The notes: generated by a model from the letters alone, not told the origin. A stretch of 28,771 nt of DNA from Tubiluchus corallicola (GCA_030141605.1 JAQGDQ010001699.1:1-28771), one strand, 5' to 3'; positions 1-27,839 are shown, counted from the stretch's first letter. Numbers and translations are program-made.

Positions 1-935
1 GCTAGAACCTTACCTAGTTCATTCTTTCTTGTAACAGCTAGAACCTTACCTAGTTCATTCTTTCTTGTAACAGCTAGAACCTTACCTAGTTCATTCTTTC
101 TTGTAACAGCTAGAACCTTACCTAGTTCATCCTTTCTTGTAACAGCTAGAACCTTACCTAGTTCATTCTTTCTTGTAACAGCTAGAACCTTACCTAGTTC
201 ATTCTTTCTTGTAACAGCTAGAACCTTACCTAGTTCATTCTTTCTTGTAACAGCTAGAACCTTACCTAGTTCATTCTTTCTTGTAACAGCTAGAACCTTA
301 CCTAGTTCATTCTTTCTTGTAACAGCTAGAAACTTACCTAGTTCATTCTTTCTTGTAACAGCTAGAACCTTACCTAGTTCATTCTTTCTTGTAACAGCTA
401 GAACCTTACCTAGTTCATTCTTTCTTGTAACAGCTAGAAACTTACCTAGTTCATTCTTTCTTGTAACAGCTAGAAACTTACCTAGTTCATTCTTTCTTGT
501 AACAGCTAGAACCTTACCTAGTTCATTCTTTCTTGTAACAGCTAGAACCTTACCTAGTTCATTCTTTCTTGTAACAGCTAGAAACTTACCTAGTTCATTC
601 TTTCTTGTAACAGCTAGAACCTTACCTAGTTCATTCTTTCTTGTAACAGCTAGAAACTTACCTAGTTCATTCTTTCTTGTAACAGCTAGAAACTTACCTA
701 GTTCATTCTTTCTTGTAACAGCTAGAACCTTACCTAGTTCATCCTTTCTTGTAACAGCTAGAAACTTACCTAGTTCATTCTTTCTTGTAACAGCTAGAAC
801 CTTACCTAGTTCATTCTTTCTTGTAACAGCTAGAAACTTACCTAGTTCATTCTTTCTTGTAACAGCTAGAACCTTACCTAGTTCATTCTTTCTTGTAACA
901 GCTAGAATCTTACCTAGTTCATTTTTTCCTTGTTC
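1..935. repeat. 36-bp minisatellite (GCTAGAACCTTACCTAGTTCATTCTTTCTTGTAACA), 25 full copies + 1 diverged, runs off window start
   Basis: Exact 36-bp period (register returns at 181, 361, 541, 721, 901); few substitutions. Confidence 0.98.
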
Positions 936-1018
936 CCAACCAACGTCTTTCTATTACATTGAAAGCAATGGCTGAATCTTTTATAAGAGATCATTATTTT
1001 TTATCGTTGTCGTTGCAG

Positions 1019-16538
<15,520 letters not shown>

Positions 16539-16610
16539 ACGTCGATTTACCATTCGATGTTGTTAAGTTTGAACAAGAACACTGTGACATTAGAAGTTCT
16601 TTTATTTTTT

Positions 16611-16616
16611 AATAAA
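16611..16616 (+). terminator. Candidate polyadenylation signal AATAAA of paladin
   Basis: First AATAAA after the stop, about 70 nt downstream; AT-rich context limits specificity. Confidence 0.5.
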
Positions 16617-17487
16617 TTTTACATAAGTTTACAGTGGCGGATCTAGGAGGTGAGCCTAAGGGGTGAACCCCTCTTTCACCTGATCGTAAGCATTAGAACG
16701 ATATGCTAAATTCTAGGAATGCGTTTATTAAACTTTTAATACCTGTAAAAATCTTAATTATATCTCAATGTTTATAACACGTGTAAGTTATATACATCAT
16801 GTACAATGTATACCCCTACCCCCCTTTTGTTATAACAAAATATAACAAACTAATTTGAGCCAAAAAGGAAACAAAGAAATTAATAATAAAGTGAGACTGA
16901 ATAAACTTACATCATGGCTCTACTACTCTTGACAAATAAATGGTTTAACTGAGACAAACAACAACAACAACAACAACTTTCTTAGCCAAGAACAGACTTC
17001 CAACTAGCCAGATAAACTGGCTCTGTCAGTAGAGCATGACAGAAAGAAGCCAAGTCAAGACATACATAAGAATGCAGTTAAAAGGACAGTATAGGGGGGT
17101 TCACAGAATGAGAGAACACTGAAGTAATAAAATAACCTAAAATCCTTCACACCAACCATTTGGGCTCCACGTACTCCTAATTTTCTTACACTTACTCCTG
17201 GTATACCTTCACATGCCATAGGCGAAACGTAGAACAAACATTGACGTAATGTCATGAATATTTTTTATGTGTATATTATACGTCTTGCTCTAAGTTCAAA
17301 AGCAAATTGAAGCCACTTCATAGTTCGACTTCTGATTTGGCATCCAATCGTTCCCTTTTTCTTGCATTTTCTTCTTGAATTTCGTGTTTCGTTTATCGGT
17401 TTTACTTGTGTAATTAAATCAGATTGTATGGTTAATTCGTAGTAGTAAAAAATGTTTTCTTGAAACTCATATTGCTAAAAATGTCAA

Positions 17488-18034
17488 AGGAAGACCGGAC
17501 GATTGTTTAGACTCAATCTCATTTTAATTTACTGTCCATAAAATAGATTTTCTTCCCTATAAAAGTTAGCGATTGTTCCTTATATTTGAATAATCAGCTT
17601 AGAAAGTTAATTAACGGCGACTGAACACAGCTATTGCTTACGTCAGAAACTAACCACAGATTGTGCGATAGCAGGCACCTTCCCCTGCGCGTAAAGTACA
17701 TTTGCGTAGGTGTTACAGTACTGCTTAAACGTGTAATGTCACGAAAAATGGGCTTTACATCATATGACGTCAGAAACTAACATTGCAGTTCATGATCATG
17801 GTTATCACGGTACCGCTTTCTATTTGTCGGCCACTCGAATGTGACGAAAAAGCACCGCTGCCAATCTTAGTAGATTCACTGAGCCGCGCGTAGCTTTGAA
17901 AGTTTAACGAAATTGGACTATCCGAGGTGATTATTATTTAATCTAAGTTTTTTTGCAAAAAACTATTGTAGTTTTCAATATTTTAGAGGATTCCTTATTC
18001 TGAAGTCGTGTTGACACAATCGTCTGGTTTTCCT
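17488..18034 (-). mobile_element. Second copy of the Kolobok-like element
   Basis: Reverse complement of 5968-6641 with one internal unit instead of two. Confidence 0.8.
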
Positions 18035-18444
18035 TCACGGGTAAGCGGCAGATCGGCTGAATTTCAAATGGGTAGGTCCTATGTGGCTACTAAAAAGCTA
18101 AGAACCGCTACTTATACAAATATCCCTAGGCCTAGTATAACATTTGACGTTACCTTATTAGTAAAATTTGAATTTGCTACGGGTTCGATTCCGAGTTTTG
18201 GTAGGTTTAACCTTTGTTTTAACGAGCCTAGCCCACATTGTGTGAATGTTGTTAATAACATGTAGACAAGAAGTCTATTTTATCTTTACATTTTCCTATC
18301 TTCTTCTCTTAAATTGCTGAATTTCTTATGCAGTTGTACTCAAATTGTATATTTTTTAGTCGTACTCAAATTGTGTAGTTCTTAGGTCACATGATCAAAT
18401 CAGGTATTTGATGATTATAGCGACTTACTAAGTTTGTCAACAAT

Positions 18445-18810
18445 AATAAGCCTTTTCACACTTTCGTTATGCGCATGCGCCGTTGCTGTAGGTCAATTAT
18501 GCGTCCTAACTACAACCGTCACGTGACCAGTGGTTAAAGCAAACCGCCTCCAGCGTCAGTTCGGTAACTTCAGTTGTTTTACGTGAACTTTATTTAATTA
18601 TGAATTGATCAGTGCATAGAGTGATTTACTTGCAGGATCTTGCTTGGGAACAAGAAAAATGAACTAGGTAGGGTTCTAGCTAACTGTTACTATTACAATA
18701 GCATGGGCTGTGAGGCGTTGTCAAGTGTACACAAATGTGTTGTCTGGTACACTTAACGTTTCACCTTTTCAAGGTCATCATCAATGGTTGGAACTGTGAA
18801 AAGGCTTATT
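18445..18810. mobile_element. ~366-bp MITE
   Basis: TIR AATAAGCCTTTTCACACTT (18445-18463) vs AACTGTGAAAAGGCTTATT (18792-18810), 18/19; TSD ambiguous (AAT or TA); partial second copy at 4051. Confidence 0.8.
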
Positions 18811-19240
18811 AATCATTTGCATTTTTTAAAGCTACATGAAAACCAACCATTTCATACGTGTCATTTTTACGCTATTTTTAATACGGAAACTATAATCTCT
18901 TAAAACCGTTTTGTAGTTTAATGTACGTATATCAGATTCTTATGTCTTTTGTCAACTATATTTATGTTATTTGTATGTGACAGTTCAAAAAATGTAATAA
19001 TTTACTTGTTTCTGGCTTAGTGTTTTAAAAACTTTACAAACTGCACAAATTGAAAAGAATTTCAAAACTGAAACTCCATTAGAGTTACTAGTAAAATCTA
19101 ATATATTTGAATTTTATTAAAAATTATAATAATATAAAAACCTACCTATTCGCTTTTGTAAAATTATTTACAGAAGGAGGGTTTAATATGAGATTGCATT
19201 ATGATGATTATAACATCAGTTACACAAAAATTGCACACAG

Positions 19241-19603
19241 TAGGTGTGAGCATCGAACGTTCGAGTTCGATTCGAAGGAGTTTTTTTAGTTCGAACTTGA
19301 TTAGAATGTAAAACTATAGATTCGAATAATTCAGCACTTCATTCACATATGTTTCTTATCACTAAAGCGACTGAAACATCATGCAATTAGGATAATTTAG
19401 TTGAGTCCTGTGCACAATTCTTCAACAAATTATTGGTGGCTTTACTGCTGAACAAAATCGACGCACGATTTTGTAAGAATAATTTTTACTGGTGGTCCGC
19501 AAACTTGTTCAAAAATCTTCCAATCTCAATTCGAAATACTGAAATTCAGTCACAAATTTGATTCGATTTGAAATTGCTTTCTGCTAAAGAATTCTCACCC
19601 CTA
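19241..19603. mobile_element. hAT-like MITE
   Basis: TAGGTGTGAG ... CTCACCCCTA termini; 8-bp flanks GCACACAG / GCACACAC (7/8); TTCGA subterminal motifs; related end fragments near 23802-23850 and 25305-25353. Confidence 0.8.
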
Positions 19604-19604
19604 G

Positions 19605-19992
19605 CACACACTACACATTTGCGCGACGACACTGCCCTGGCGCCATCTGTCGTCGTAAAAACAAAAGAATTACAGTTTAACAGCACAATAAGTCACAGGA
19701 TTGCAGTAATATAAAAAACTAGATAATGATGATTATTATACTGTACAAAATTAAGGAAAAAATTAATCTCCATGTTCATGTCACACACTACACATTTGCG
19801 CGACGACATTGCGCTGGCTCCATCTGTCGTCATAAAAACAAATGAATTACAGTTTAACAGCATAGTAAGTCACAGCATTGCAGTAATATAAAAAATTAGA
19901 TAATTATGATTATTATACTATACAAAATTCTGTGCATACAGGCCTGCAAAGACCACATTAAGGAAAAAGTTAACCTCTGTGTTGATGTCACA
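19605..19992. repeat. Tandem duplication, period 177 bp, 2 copies
   Basis: CACACACTACACATTTGCGCGACGACA at 19605 and 19782; second copy has a ~30-bp insert. Confidence 0.92.
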
Positions 19993-20339
19993 ATAAAATT
20001 CAGTAAACACAATGAGTCAAGATGTGGGGAAATTCTTTTCATTAGCTGACAACAGGTGGGCAACCGAGACAAGGTTTAAATGTTTAAGCTATGCTTTTAC
20101 ACAAATTTAATGTTTCGCATTAACGCAGCAATTATAATTATTAATGCGAATTTGCTATTAACTTTTGATATTTGTTTAAAGGTTCGGTAATCCGAAATTT
20201 GGCAAACTTTTTGTTGGAAATTTGTGATATCGTGCATATGGTAGGTGTTATCCCCACTGCACAAATCAAATTGATTCACAGAAAATGTGAAAGCATTATG
20301 GATGATATTAAAATCAGGAGTTCATACGATTAAAAAACC

Positions 20340-20990
20340 ATTTGTTTGCAAACCAAAATCGTCCATAAGTCGGCATAGTTAGAACTATGGTGCTTCAAAG
20401 TTGAATGCACAAAAAATTTAGGCAAAATCAATTTTTTGCTTTTTATAAAACAAAATTGTAAATATATTGGACTTTTATATCCTACCATTAAATCACCAAG
20501 AAATTGTTTAAAAAATGCTAAAAATCTTATTTTATAACCCCGCACCTACTTTTTTGGCTAAAAACTAGTACTGTAACTGTAAAAAAACTTGTATTTTCAA
20601 ACTCCTATTGTAGCTCGTGGAAGCAGTCATTTTGCTTCGCGTTTTTTCTGTTGCCAAGCAGAAATCTTCGTCAGGAAGAGCCATCTACTGGATATAAACA
20701 TAACTTCAATGTTTTCTTGCAAAGTCTCTAGCAACCAACATTAATATAGTTGCTAAGTGTTTTGCAGACACATGACAAAAAAACAATGGCTGACTTCAAC
20801 AGTGATATTCTCAAGGCCATGTTTTTCAGTGGGTAGCCTGCACCTCGACTTCAACATGGATTATCTCAGTTTAGAAATTACATAGAGTGATGAACTTGGT
20901 ATCAAAATGATCCTCATGAAATGGTGATTCAAGATACTAGAAAAGATTAATTACCGACTTATGGACGATTTTGCCTATGCAGGCACACAT
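20340..20990. mobile_element. TIR element (~650 bp); partial copies at ~21133-21160, ~22366-22650 and mirrored in the right arm
   Basis: Perfect 20-bp inverted repeat CAAAATCGTCCATAAGTCGG (20354-20373) / 20954-20973. Confidence 0.7.
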
Positions 20991-21315
20991 ATCATGAATA
21001 AAAACCTGATAATGCCATTTCAAAGAGGCATATGCAAGTACTAAGCTAAAGTTTTAGTAGCACGTGTCCAACAAATTTAAACAGAAACTAATCACACAAT
21101 TAAAAAAATAATATCTAGAAAATAACTAGATTTATGGACGATTTTGCTATGCAAACACATTTAAATCAGGAATATTAAAACTTTGCATCAAAACACAATT
21201 GATGCAGGACAGATTGTTGATCACTTTTTTACATTTACACACCCCACTTCAGAAACATTTTGAGATTCAAACAAAAATAATATCAAGTATTCACATTTCA
21301 CAGGCATTTTGAACG

Positions 21316-23384
21316 TCATTGCAAAAGTGCTGCCGCTAACAATACAGTTCCAGTTACCATGACGACACTAAGAGACAATGAAGAGGCGCCGTTGCATCCA
21401 TCGGCTGTGCAAGTGTAGATGCATGCTCGATGAGTGCGGTCATCATCAACAAACTTAACGTACTGGCAGTAATTTCCCATGTCTCTGGATCCGCAAAATC
21501 GCCGTGTGCCGATCTGACCTGAAATCATCATAAATTTTGGTTATTTCAACGAATGCAAGAGATATGAACTTTGAGGAATTTTTTTTCCAAGATTGGAGAA
21601 TGACACAAAACATGATTGCCAACATCTTAGCAACGCCTTATGTGCCGTTCATGTCACAGAAATCATTAATGACTACTAGAGCAAAGTTTTTCACATGAAT
21701 GTTCATCCATTAGGTGTGCAGAAGTTAGACAATAACTCACTCAAACTTAATGGGGAGCAATTGCTCCTTCAAGCATATTTTTCAAAACTGGCACTTTTTC
21801 AAAAATTTTTTAACTACAGTCGACCCTAGTTAAACCAGACCCCGTTAGCCCGGATATCGGATAAGACAGACGTCATCCGTGGTAAAGGAAACTGACTGAT
21901 TTCCGTCCGAGCGCTAAACACAACACGGCCTACCAACTGTACAATAATTTCTTTATCCTCACAGGTTAACTATTTTAAAGTAATATACAGTATAGTATAT
22001 AGTGCACAGTATATAGGCCTTATTAAGGTGATTATTCCTGTATAATATAGACCATATGTAGGCATATCTAATAAATTGGACAATCGGCTAAACCAGAAAG
22101 CCCCCCCCCCCCCACCCCCCGATTAGTCCGCATTAACGAGGGTTGACTGTATTTAGTTCACTTGTGTGATAAAAGTAATTGAATCTTTTCTAATTGCATA
22201 GCCTTGGAAGAATTTTCTGGATTCTTTATACTTCACTTGACCAACCTGCCTTCCATGTTTTTTGAACTGAGCATGCATTTATGCAATGCATTTGTGAAGG
22301 TTGATTGATTGAACCAAGAAACCGACGATCAATTTATTGTGTTTCAACATCAAATACCAAATGTATTCTTGCAAAGCCCATAGCAGCCAACATTCATGCG
22401 GTTGCTAAGTGTTTTGTAGAGACACAACAAAAAACAATGGCTGACTTCAACAGTGATTTTCTCAAGGTTATGTTTTTCAGTGCATAGCCTGCACCTCAAC
22501 TTCAACGTGGATTATTTCATCTTAGAAATAACATAGAGTGATGAACTTGGTATCAAAATGATCCTCACGAAGTTGAGATTCAGGATACGTGAATAATTAG
22601 TTAGCGAAAAATTTAATTACTGATTAACGGACGATATTGCTATGCAAATAAACAAATATAGATCATGTACTTCCTTTAAAACCATATTTTTCTCGTGTTT
22701 TGATTTTAAACACAAAATTAAAATGTAAATCTATGCATTAAAAATGTTTGGTAGGTTCATAGCACCTTTTTTACGTGCTTGCTCCCCCAACTTTAGAGCC
22801 TGGCTACCCTGCTGGCCATTTCTATCAATACAGTCAATCTTCTGTATAAGTCACTCGGATATACGGGACAATATCTTCAGGTCCCGCATAATAGAAATGC
22901 AGGTAAATTACCTGGCATATAAGGAGCCCTATGATCAGAACAAAATTGATCAATTTTTAACCTCAGTTTTTCACAAACTCGGCCTTCAAACAGCTCGGTT
23001 TCCACGGTCTCATACATCTTACATCACTGAAGGAATTTCCTACATACTTTTTGCACTCATTGTGTAGCAATAATCCATAAAAATATGGGTAGAAGTACAG
23101 AAAAGTACAGGTCTAGATACACCCTCAGTTTGACTCAACTTTGGCTACAACGGACATCGGATATAAGGGACGATTTGTCTGGTACGGAGGTGTCCGTTAT
23201 ATCCGGATGTTGCAAGATTTCTTAAAGTACCTACCTCCATACATTCCAATTGTTTTTATGCAATAATTCACTCCTGCTACTTCTCCACAGTCCACTGGTT
23301 CCAGAGGATTTCTGCTGTGGTCGTAGTTTTCCGTGCACCCAGGCTCTTTCACGCTGTTACATTCATAGCATTTCAGGCCGTTTC
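21316..23384 (-). pseudogene. Inverted partial copy of boudin-like gene (exon 2 23384-23235, exon 3 21518-21316), no signal-peptide exon in this orientation
   Basis: Same protein as + copy exons 2-3 (one synonymous GGA/GGT change seen); splice sites intact. If the palindrome is an artefact, this arm is the true gene position. Confidence 0.6.
21817..22149. mobile_element. Tc1/pogo-type MITE (mirrored at 27006-27338)
   Basis: TA|CAGTCGACCCTAGTTAA ... TTAACGAGGGTTGACTG|TA, 15/17 TIR, TA duplication. Confidence 0.85.
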
Positions 23385-24129
23385 CTGTTTAATTTACAGC
23401 AAACATTCACATTAATATCATTGAAATATAATTTTGTTTCACCTTTCTGCAGACCTGCTTTTCTTTGAAATTCATTATGGTCGAAACACAGCCTTCGTTT
23501 CTTCCTCAGACTAAGCACCCATAATTGAGTACCTTATTTTGGCAATTGTTTGGTCAAATAGCTGCTTTTAGATCGGTTCAACATAAACTTTGACATAATA
23601 ATAAAACAAAAATAGTTCATGGAGAACAGTCCATTGTGTAATCTCTTTTACACAACATGTTTAGGTACTAGAACCAAAATTCTCACTTTAGTAATTTCAA
23701 TTTCAATTTCGCATCAACAGAATATCGCAGCAACATGCATTTTATATACACACATATACATCATTGCATAATTTTAGTTCAAGTTAACAGGAATAATGGT
23801 AAGGGGGGAGCATTCTCTACCTCAAAGCAAATTCGATTCGAATTTGTGACTTTCGAAATGTTTAAAAATCCCAATTTTACAAGCACATAAAGACTTCTTA
23901 CACAATCCTGTTTTTATATAAATAATCAACATATTAAAAAGAAAAGATAAAGAGGAATAATTAGGGAGACATTAGGATAGTGAATTCAGACAAGTTTATA
24001 ATCAAGTGACAACATAAATCAATGAATATGGTAAATGGTATGAAACAATATTTAAATTAACAAAATAGCAAAAACAAAAATTTGGATTTGACGCAAGAGC
24101 CTTTGGTTTAGTTTGGACAGTTGTTGTCC

Positions 24130-24479
24130 AGCGCAAGCTCTTGTCCCGAATACTTACGTCACAGCGGAGGCGGAGCGATATGCCCATATGTTTGACGTCA
24201 CTTCTCGGCGTTTTCTTGGCAAAGAGCGACAACATATCACGTGGCTTTCTTACCTGCTGCACGCTGCTGCCGCCTAGCAAACCACACTCCCAGATGCGCT
24301 GTACACCTGCTTGCATTCTGCGCTTCTTCTGGCGAGCCCGGGGAACCAGCTCATAAACTGGAATGCTGTTGCGACCATTGAATTCACCTGCACACTGACT
24401 GTACCTGTAGCTGTGAAATACGTTGGGCGTGTAGTATGAAATTTAACGTACATTAAGCTGAAGTGCTTAATTGCTAATC
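24130..24479. promoter_or_regulatory. GC/CpG-rich candidate (bidirectional) promoter of boudin-like gene
   Basis: GC-rich island directly upstream of ATG 24480; TTACGTCA 24154-24161, TGACGTCA 24193-24200, CACGTG 24238-24243, GGCGG box. Confidence 0.5.
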
Positions 24480-27400
24480 ATGGAGATTTCAACGTGGTTA
24501 TGGAGTATGATCTCGTCCGTGTTTTTGTTGCTGATGCTTATGATAAGGACAGGTAAATATTTGTTTCAGATGCACAAAGATGCATGAAGTTCATGTATAA
24601 TCCTTGCTCTGCAAATGCTAGGATAGCAGATTAGGTGACTAATAGTCATTTCTCTAGATTTGTATCTATCTATCGTAACCGCTCTTCATTACTAGTGTTC
24701 TGAAGATATATATATATATAATCTTTATTTACCATAAAAATCGATATTCATAACTATAAAAGCATAAAAGAACATCGCAGCATGAGAATAAAATTCACAC
24801 AACTGTTAAAGGCAAATGCGTCCAGTGCAAACTAAAAACTACTGTGCCAAAAATTTAAAACAAAATATACATTATAATGTTACACGCAAATTATAATAGA
24901 CTATATACAATATATACATACAATTTAAAATGGACGTGGGTAAATAAAATTTGTGGATGAATATATATTATCGTTTACGTATGTAGGGTTTTCAAAACGA
25001 TTTAATGTATGTATTTTTAATTTTGATTTGAATTCGTCGAAAGACTTGATTTGTTTTAAATTTTATGGCAGGGTATTCCAAAGTTAACTCCTTGTATAGT
25101 GATAGAATTGTTGCCGTATTTGTTATTAGTGCGTATTTGTTTAATATTGTGTGTTCTTGGATTTAATGTTGGCTCTAAGAGGAGTGGAAGCTTATTTTTG
25201 ATGAAGGGCGTGTTAATGTATGTTGTTGATGTATTTATATAAAAACAGGATTGTGTAGAAGTCTTTATGTGCTTGTAAAATTGGGATTTTTAAACATTTC
25301 GAAAGTCACAAATTCGATTCGAATTTGCTTTGAGGTAGAGAATGCTCCCCCCTTACCATTATTCCTGTTAACTTGAACTAAAATTATGCAATGATGTATA
25401 TGTGTGTATATAAAATGCATGTTGCTGCGATATTCTGTTGATGCGAAATTGAAATTGAAATTACTAAAGTGAGAATTTTGGTTCTAGTACCTAAACATGT
25501 TGTGTAAAAGAGATTACACAATGGACTGTTCTCCATGAACTATTTTTGTTTTATTATTATGTCAAAGTTTATGTTGAACCGATCTAAAAGCAGCTATTTG
25601 ACCAAACAATTGCCAAAATAAGGTACTCAATTATGGGTGCTTAGTCTGAGGAAGAAACGAAGGCTGTGTTTCGACCATAATGAATTTCAAAGAAAAGCAG
25701 GTCTGCAGAAAGGTGAAACAAAATTATATTTCAATGATATTAATGTGAATGTTTGCTGTAAATTAAACAGGAAACGGCCTGAAATGCTATGAATGTAACA
25801 GCGTGAAAGAGCCTGGGTGCACGGAAAACTACGACCACAGCAGAAATCCTCTGGAACCAGTGGACTGTGGTGAAGTAGCAGGAGTGAATTATTGCATAAA
25901 AACAATTGGAATGTATGGAGGTAGGTCCTTTAAGAAATCTTGCAACATCCGGATATAACGGACACCTCCGTACCAGACAAATCGTCCCTTATATCCGATG
26001 TCCGTTGTAGCCAAAGTTGAGTCAAACTGAGGGTGTATCTAGACCTGTACTTTTCTGTACTTCTACCCATATTTTTATGGATTATTGCTACACAATGAGT
26101 GCAAAAAGTATGTAGGAAATTCCTTCAGTGATGTAAGATGTATGAGACCGTGGAAACCGAGCTGTTTGAAGGCCGAGTTTGTGAAAAACTGAGGTTAAAA
26201 ATTGATCAATTTTGTTCTGATCATAGGGCTCCTTATATGCCAGGTAATTTACCTGCATTTCTATTATGCGGGACCTGAAGATATTGTCCCGTATATCCGA
26301 GTGACTTATACAGAAGATTGACTGTATTGATAGAAATGGCCAGCAGGGTAGCCAGGCTCTAAAGTTGGGGGAGCAAGCACGTAAAAAAGGTGCTATGAAC
26401 CTACCAAACATTTTTAATGCATAGATTTACATTTTAATTTTGTGTTTAAAATCAAAACACGAGAAAAATATGGTTTTAAAGGAAGTACATGATCTTATTT
26501 TGTTTATTTGCATAGCAATATCGTCCGTTAATCAGTAATTAAAATTTTCGCTAACTAATTATTCACGTATCCTGAATCTCAACTTCGTGAGGATCATTTT
26601 GATACCAAGTTCATCACTCTATGTAATTTCTAAGGTGAAATAATCCACGTTGAAGTTGAGGTGCAGGCTATGCAGTGAAAAACATAACCTTAAGAAAATC
26701 AATGATGAAGTCAGCCATTGTTTTTTGTTGTGTCTTTACAAAACACTTAGCAACTTCATGAATGTTGGCTGCTATGGGCTTTGCAAGAATACATTTGGTA
26801 TTTGATGTTGAAACACAATAAATTGATCGTCGGTTTCTTGGTTCAATCAATCAACCTTCACAAATGCATTGCATAAATGCATGCTCAGTTCAAAAAACAT
26901 GGAAGGCAGGTTGGTCAAGTGAAGTATAAAGAATCCAGAAAATTCTTCCAAGGCTATGCAATTAGAAAAGATTCAATTACTTTTATCACACAAGTGAACT
27001 AAATACAGTCAACCCTCGTTAATGCGGACTAATCGGGGGGTGGGGGGGGGGGGGCTTTCTGGTTTAGCCGATTGTCCAATTTATTAGATATGCCTACATA
27101 TGGTCTATATTATACAGGAATAATCACCTTAATAAGGCCTATATACTGTGCACTATATACTATACTGTATATTACTTTAAAATAGTTAACCTGTGAGGAT
27201 AAAGAAATTATTGTACAGTTGGTAGGCCGTGTTGTGTTTAGCGCTCGGACGGAAATCAGTCAGTTTCCTTTACCACGGATGACGTCTGTCTTATCCGATA
27301 TCCGGGCTAACGGGGTCTGGTTTAACTAGGGTCGACTGTAGTTAAAAAATTTTTGAAAAAGTGCCAGTTTTGAAAAATATGCTTGAAGGAGCAATTGCTC

Positions 27401-27839
27401 CCCATTAAGTTTGAGTGAGTTATTGTCTAACTTCTGCACACCTAATGGATGAACATTCATGTGAAAAACTTTGCTCTAGTAGTCATTAATGATTTCTGTG
27501 ACATGAACGGCACATAAGGCGTTGCTAAGATGTTGGCAATCATGTTTTGTGTCATTCTCCAATCTTGGAAAAAAAATTCCTCAAAGTTCATATCTCTTGC
27601 ATTCGTTGAAATAACCAAAATTTATGATGATTTCAGGTCAGATCGGCACACGGCGATTTTGCGGATCCAGAGACATGGGAAATTACTGCCAGTACGTTAA
27701 GTTTGTTGATGATGACCGCACTCATCGAGCATGCATCTACACTTGCACAGCCGATGGATGCAACGGCGCCTCTTCATTGTCTCTTAGTGTCGTCATGGTA
27801 ACTGGAACTGTATTGTTAGCGGCAGCACTTTTGCAATGA
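24480..27839 (+). CDS. bou: Boudin-like Ly6/uPAR three-finger GPI-anchored protein, 141 aa; exons 24480-24552, 25771-25920, 27637-27839
   Basis: MEISTWLWSMISSVFLLLMLMIRTG-NGLKCYECNSVKEPGCTENYDHSRNPLEPVDCGEVAGVNYCIKTIGMYGG-QIGTRRFCGSRDMGNYCQYVKFVDDDRTHRACIYTCTADGCNGASSLSLSVVMVTGTVLLAAALLQ*: signal peptide, 10 Cys ending in CN, hydrophobic tail, two phase-1 GT-AG introns; GGxGxxRFCxSxDMGNYCxYV..RxCIYTC..DGCN matches Drosophila boudin as recalled. Confidence 0.88.
24995..25305 (-). mobile_element. Degenerate CR1/L2-type LINE ORF2 C-terminal fragment
   Basis: Minus-strand translation with frameshifts: LKIPIL..FYTILFLYKYINN / RTNNKYGNNSITIQGV / LWNTLP*NLKQIKSFDEFKSKLK. Confidence 0.7.

Larger units (their letters stand above)
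20439..23931 (-). repeat. Left arm of ~3.5-kb inverted repeat
   Basis: Reverse complement of 25224-28725; mirrored ORF coordinates all sum to 49155; 9-bp indel near 20937. Confidence 0.97.

Noticed and set aside
1-935. 36-bp repeats as a CRISPR array
   Set aside because: Head-to-tail units with no unique spacers; eukaryotic intron; no cas genes.
17204-17235. GCC-ATA-GGC-GAAACGTA hammerhead-like remnant
   Set aside because: CUGANGA core is absent (CTTCACAT).
22305-26850. Mirrored 60, 107 and 72 aa ORF pairs as duplicated genes
   Set aside because: Antisense to the boudin-like introns/exon 2 or inside repeats; duplicated only because of the inverted repeat.
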